56,552 nt of DNA from Nemertoderma westbladi (Eukaryota; Animalia; Xenacoelomorpha). Shown here piece after piece: positions 51,824-56,552 of the stretch. Below the pieces are notes generated by a model. That model was not told the origin of the DNA. It saw only the letters and a program-made list of their open reading frames with translations, and made no database searches. The stretch covers positions 1-56,552 of the forward strand of contig JAUCBJ010005476.1 in NCBI GenBank assembly GCA_032718475.1, in the 5' to 3' direction. A program made the position numbers and the translations under genes. Position 1 is the first letter of the stretch. Each line of letters starts with the position of its first letter.

Positions 51824-54380
51824 TTAAGCATCATGGCTATCTAATATACATACATTCACCCATTTTACCTAATTTATGTCTACCTCTAGTAAACCCCTCC
51901 CAGTAAACCCTCTAGGTGACAGAGAAATTATGCTAATTATTATATGAATTAAGTAACTAAGTTAACTATCCCACAATTGCAACAAAGTTTAAAAAGCTTT
52001 CTCATTTGTTTAGAAAGAATCTGACACGGTAGTGTTAGTATAACCATTTAGCCCTAAAGCTGTTGTACACTGAATATCAGTAAACTGCTCTATGCCTGGA
52101 TAAAGTACACTAATTCAGGCAGAACAGCTGATTTCCTACAAAACAATTTGGCACTAATGGGTTTGCTGCTAAACTAGCCACCAAATTACTGCTAACTACA
52201 CCCTTGGCCCCTGTAGGAGTATGAAGGTAAACTGTGGGGATTTCTGCCTGAATCAGAATATATTATCCCTAAAATTATACTCTGAGTAGTATTACGCTAC
52301 CCTTACAGATTATTTAAATAAAACACAAGCCAAACGCTGACAGACTACCGCTAAATCTAAAATAAAAGACAGTAGATGAAGTTTCTGAAATTGTTAGTTA
52401 GTCGCGTTCAAGACTACGTGGTACGACTTATTCTTTTGTGGAGGATTTACCTTATTACATGGAAGCCTCCACTTCCTAACTACACTTATCAGGCAAATAA
52501 CCCACAACACTGTAATTCACCTCAAACCCAAGAACAATCAGACAACAATTTAGCCCAGGAGTTACTTCTACAGTCTGAGCAGGATTATACACCTTCTGCT
52601 CAATACTATACTTACAGATAAACAAAGCTGATAGAAATATGTAAACCATAAAAGAAATAAGGGGTGTACAGGCCCCAGTCTCTTAAATAGCCTACCAGTA
52701 TATAAATGTGTCAAAATCGAATTAATACTGCTTGCTATGCAGTACCGGGCCGGTACCACTAGGCCTAGAGCTACTGCCCAACCGGTGCGGTAGAATCACA
52801 AAATAGAAAATCAAAAAGTCAATTACTGTTCTTATCCTGATATTATTGTTAATCGCAATACAATATATTATTGTTCACGCTTTTAGACCTTTAACGATTT
52901 AACCTGTTAATTTATGTGTCTTATGTTGTCTGACAGCCGCACAAAATATGACCACATTAGTAGCCAGTCTAGTGCGGCATATAACCCAAATGTGTGTGGG
53001 TGACTGAATTCTATTGACGAGAGTGGGGTAGGCTACTTTGTATTATTCGATTGATCTCTACTATATATTCTCCAAAAACTATGTTTACTTTCAGGGCAAT
53101 ATCATCAACAGTTCCTTTAGATGCTGCGCTTTAAATACCAGACAGAGTTATGACTTATACTAATTACAATGGAGGGTTCTAGAATATCACGGTTTTAGAT
53201 TCTTTAGAAATGTAGAATTATTCACTCACACTCACTTTACTGACAATAATACTGAAACACGTTAATTTTACAACTGTTACCAATTTGACTCATATAAGGA
53301 GAAATTTAGCCTGCTTATGTTGGGGTTATGAAATAGCATAGAATTCATACAGACCACTGTTATTTGAGCCAAGCAATTGTTAGTAATGTTCCCTTCTGCT
53401 TACCTCAATAATAAAGAAAGTTAGGGGGAATTATCCGTACGTATTCTCCAAATATAAACATCCATTAACCCTGTTCCACCTGGGGTTGGGCAGAATCTGC
53501 CCAACACTTTTTATTTTTAGAATTTAATTGGCTTTCTGATAGTTACAAAATATTTTTTTCACCATTTATACTTTTTATGCTATGGTGCGTTTTTCATATC
53601 ATAGTCACAATTTTTTATTATAATATCTTTATTAGCTTAACTGGTAGAAAAGATAATCCATGGTTGGATGGATAATTCCCCTGGTCAACAAGCTTGAATA
53701 CAACCAATTACGATCCAGGACATTCATTTGGCTGGGTTGTAAAATTAAATTCAAACATGAGATTGTCTACTGCTTGGATTAGTACACATCAATCACATTA
53801 TTTTTTAATAACAAAATACAGATAAGCAATAGTCTACTAGGATGAAACAACAACCAAAATTGAACCCAGTATATTCCAGGTGATGCTAAATTCACTCCAC
53901 AGACTCAACATAAGCTGAGGGTAAGGTAGAAAGCAGTAACAGCCAATACAATTACAGGAGGTGCTTAGTTGCTAAGATGCACTGTCAAGACAAACAGTAT
54001 AAATAATAACATAAACAGCTGGGATTAAATAGGCTTGCAGTTACACATCACAGACTGATTGCTTACTTACAGACTGTCTTCTGATAAAGTATTATATTTA
54101 GTAATATAGTCATAGTCTTAAATCAATCACAGTGAGCAGTTTTCATTGAGGTTTATATAGCAAACCACTCTGTACCGTACAGTACACGTGTATCATGTCC
54201 GTGTATCTGGTACAAGTATTGTATATCACCTAATCACCATAAATATATATCTGTCATAGGCCTATAAAGTAAGATTTAGTAGAAATATTTTACTGGTACT
54301 AATAAATAGTACTACTAATAGTTCGTAGAGCTGTAGAGCTCTAGAACAAAGAACACTATATAATAATAAAGTTCACATAC

Positions 54381-54571
54381 ATTTCCATGGTAGTCCTTTG
54401 CAAATATGCAAAACCGTCGTTGGCGAGCCACACTGACGAACGGTATGCCGGGACCGACGTGATACGCACGGTGTACTGGAAGCCACCAGCTTCCTCAAAC
54501 GCCAAAATTACGGCCTCGACATGGTCCTTGGAGGCGCAAGGGCAACCCAATCCAGACATAATAACTTTCAA
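54381..54571 (-). CDS. Candidate first coding exon of an unidentified gene
   Basis: ATG-started, CpG-rich open stretch ending at a GTATGT donor-like site, with AT-rich sequence beyond. No recognisable domain and no downstream exon confirmed. Confidence 0.25.
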
Positions 54572-56552
54572 ATACTATATAGGCAACTGGTACCGGTACC
54601 AGTCCTGCAGTCCAGTCAGCGAGTAAGGCAGTATATCAGTATATACCAGGTAGATAGATAGGCCTATAGAACAGTCTTGACCAGTCAGCCAGTTGACAGT
54701 AAAATCTCAATTAATACTGTAATATACTGAAATATTATGAATAGGGCCTACAGATGTACAGGAATTAGCAGTATAGACGAATTAGAATATAGAAGAATTA
54801 GCAGATGAGTTAGGCCCCTAAATATTGCTAATGTCAGAATACATGAACAACAGAATAGGCATATCAGCTCAGCATATGGGCTAAAAGAGGAGTCAACGGC
54901 AGAATGGTTACCGGTAATTAAAAGACTAAAAAAACGACTACCAGCTGACCGGTAGCGTGGTAGGCTATAAATCTGAAATAAATTGATGACTGACTACCGG
55001 CAGACCGGTACTGCGGTAGGCCTACCAGTTCCAGTAAGATCTATATCAGTATATCTATCTGCTGATCTGATACGCAAGTTCCGTTCGGATGGTGGCTGCA
55101 GCACCCTGGCACCTGTACATGCAGGCTAAGTAAGCATCGCGCTCGCTCGCATCTGCAAATATACCTGTATACTAGGAGACTCACTTCATGTTGTAGGCCT
55201 AATTCAGTACGGTAATTGGTAATTGTGTAATCAAATCAAACCTACTGGTAGTACTACATACTACTGCTGTCGAATGAACAAAGAATCAGCTGATTTATGT
55301 TAAGTAGGCGGAGGTAGTTTAGTTTACATGGCAACATCCAATGGATGAAGCCCTAGTGCCTATTGAAGATGTCAAGTCTGTGGAGTGAATTTAGCATCTA
55401 CCGTATATTCCTAATGTAATACTGCAGACATAAACAGAGGTGAATAAATCTATTCAATAACAACACCCCGGAGTGTCTCTAATTGTCTGCTATTAGTTCA
55501 ACTATTAGTGATTAGTGAATCTTACATTAGGGAACTGTCTGCCAAGAGTGTCAACAATCCACACTCTTCCATGGTCTTTGAATTTTCACTTGGAATGTCT
55601 GGCAGAGTTAGGCAGACAGTGGTGTTGGGAGGAGTATATATAGTATTATCTCATATTTTTACTATAATGGGTTATCTTCATGATAATTAATTTATATGGA
55701 TATATTATTTTAAATTGTGAATATATAAAACTCAGAACAGATGCTGTTAAACAAGCGCGATCAGGAGATAGTTATTACAAAAGGTTCTTAAAATGTTTTA
55801 CTATTATTTTCTATACGGCTCCTACAAATCCTTGCTCCTTTCTCTGTTGATCACTCAACAGAGAGCTAACTGTTCGAATCTATGAGCCATGCGGGAATAA
55901 CCAAAACAATAAACCCGAATCGGCTCCCTAAGCTACTTAAAACGAGTGCAGGTGGCCTAACACTCGGAGTTCACTTATCGCAAATACTGGAATTCACTGA
56001 CAGAATCGTTGAATGTGAGAATATTTTAATAATCTACGGGGACAGATCTATTACTTTATTTGTGTTGGCTGGTTTTAGACCAGCAACCTTACTACTGCTG
56101 TACTGTATACTGGACACTGCTGTCAGCCTGTTGCCCCACTATTTTCAAATAACTACCTCGCGTGAATAGTCTACGGTATTCTAAACAATCACTTAAACTA
56201 CTCTCCGCTATGCTGCGTACAAATTCTTATTTTATTTTATATTGCTAAATTAATTACAGTCATAAATACGAATTTGCTTACTAATTACTAGATATTCCAG
56301 AATACGTACTTTAAATTTATTACGTACTGTGTTCCCGGATCAGAAAACTTTGCTAACTTGTAAAATGCGGGATAAGTCGATTGAGAAAAAATGTCGTCAG
56401 CTTTTGTAAGCAATGCTAAGTTTAATAGTTGGAATTAACAAGTTTGCCTGGATTAAAGAATTACCTGGCAAATTTGATATATCTTAGAAGTTTATATATA
56501 ATACGTGTGTGTCAAATTTGCTAAATTATTTCAATTTCTAAGTAAGTCTCAC

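Noticed and set aside
53464-53506. TTAA-CCC piggyBac-like end
   Set aside because: No partner TIR found in the window.
55780-55960. Possible THAP-domain relic on the minus strand (FWLFP...KHF)
   Set aside because: Too degraded to support.

Overview
AT-rich eukaryotic (probably invertebrate) DNA that is almost entirely nested transposable elements. It holds Kolobok x2, piggyBac x2 (one apparently intact), a hAT-like element with a 6-bp TSD, a tandemly duplicated EnSpm/CACTA relic, Transib, Helitron and Sola-like relics, BEL/Pao, Copia and Gypsy fragments, and several LINEs. The stand-out is 17852-19870, which looks like an endogenised orthomyxovirus-like (Articulavirales) nucleoprotein mRNA. 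It starts with AGCAATAGCAAG (influenza-type segment terminus), carries a ~617-codon NP-like frame broken by two frameshifts, and ends in A17 with no canonical AATAAA. All family assignments come from by-eye motif recognition; no database search was run.
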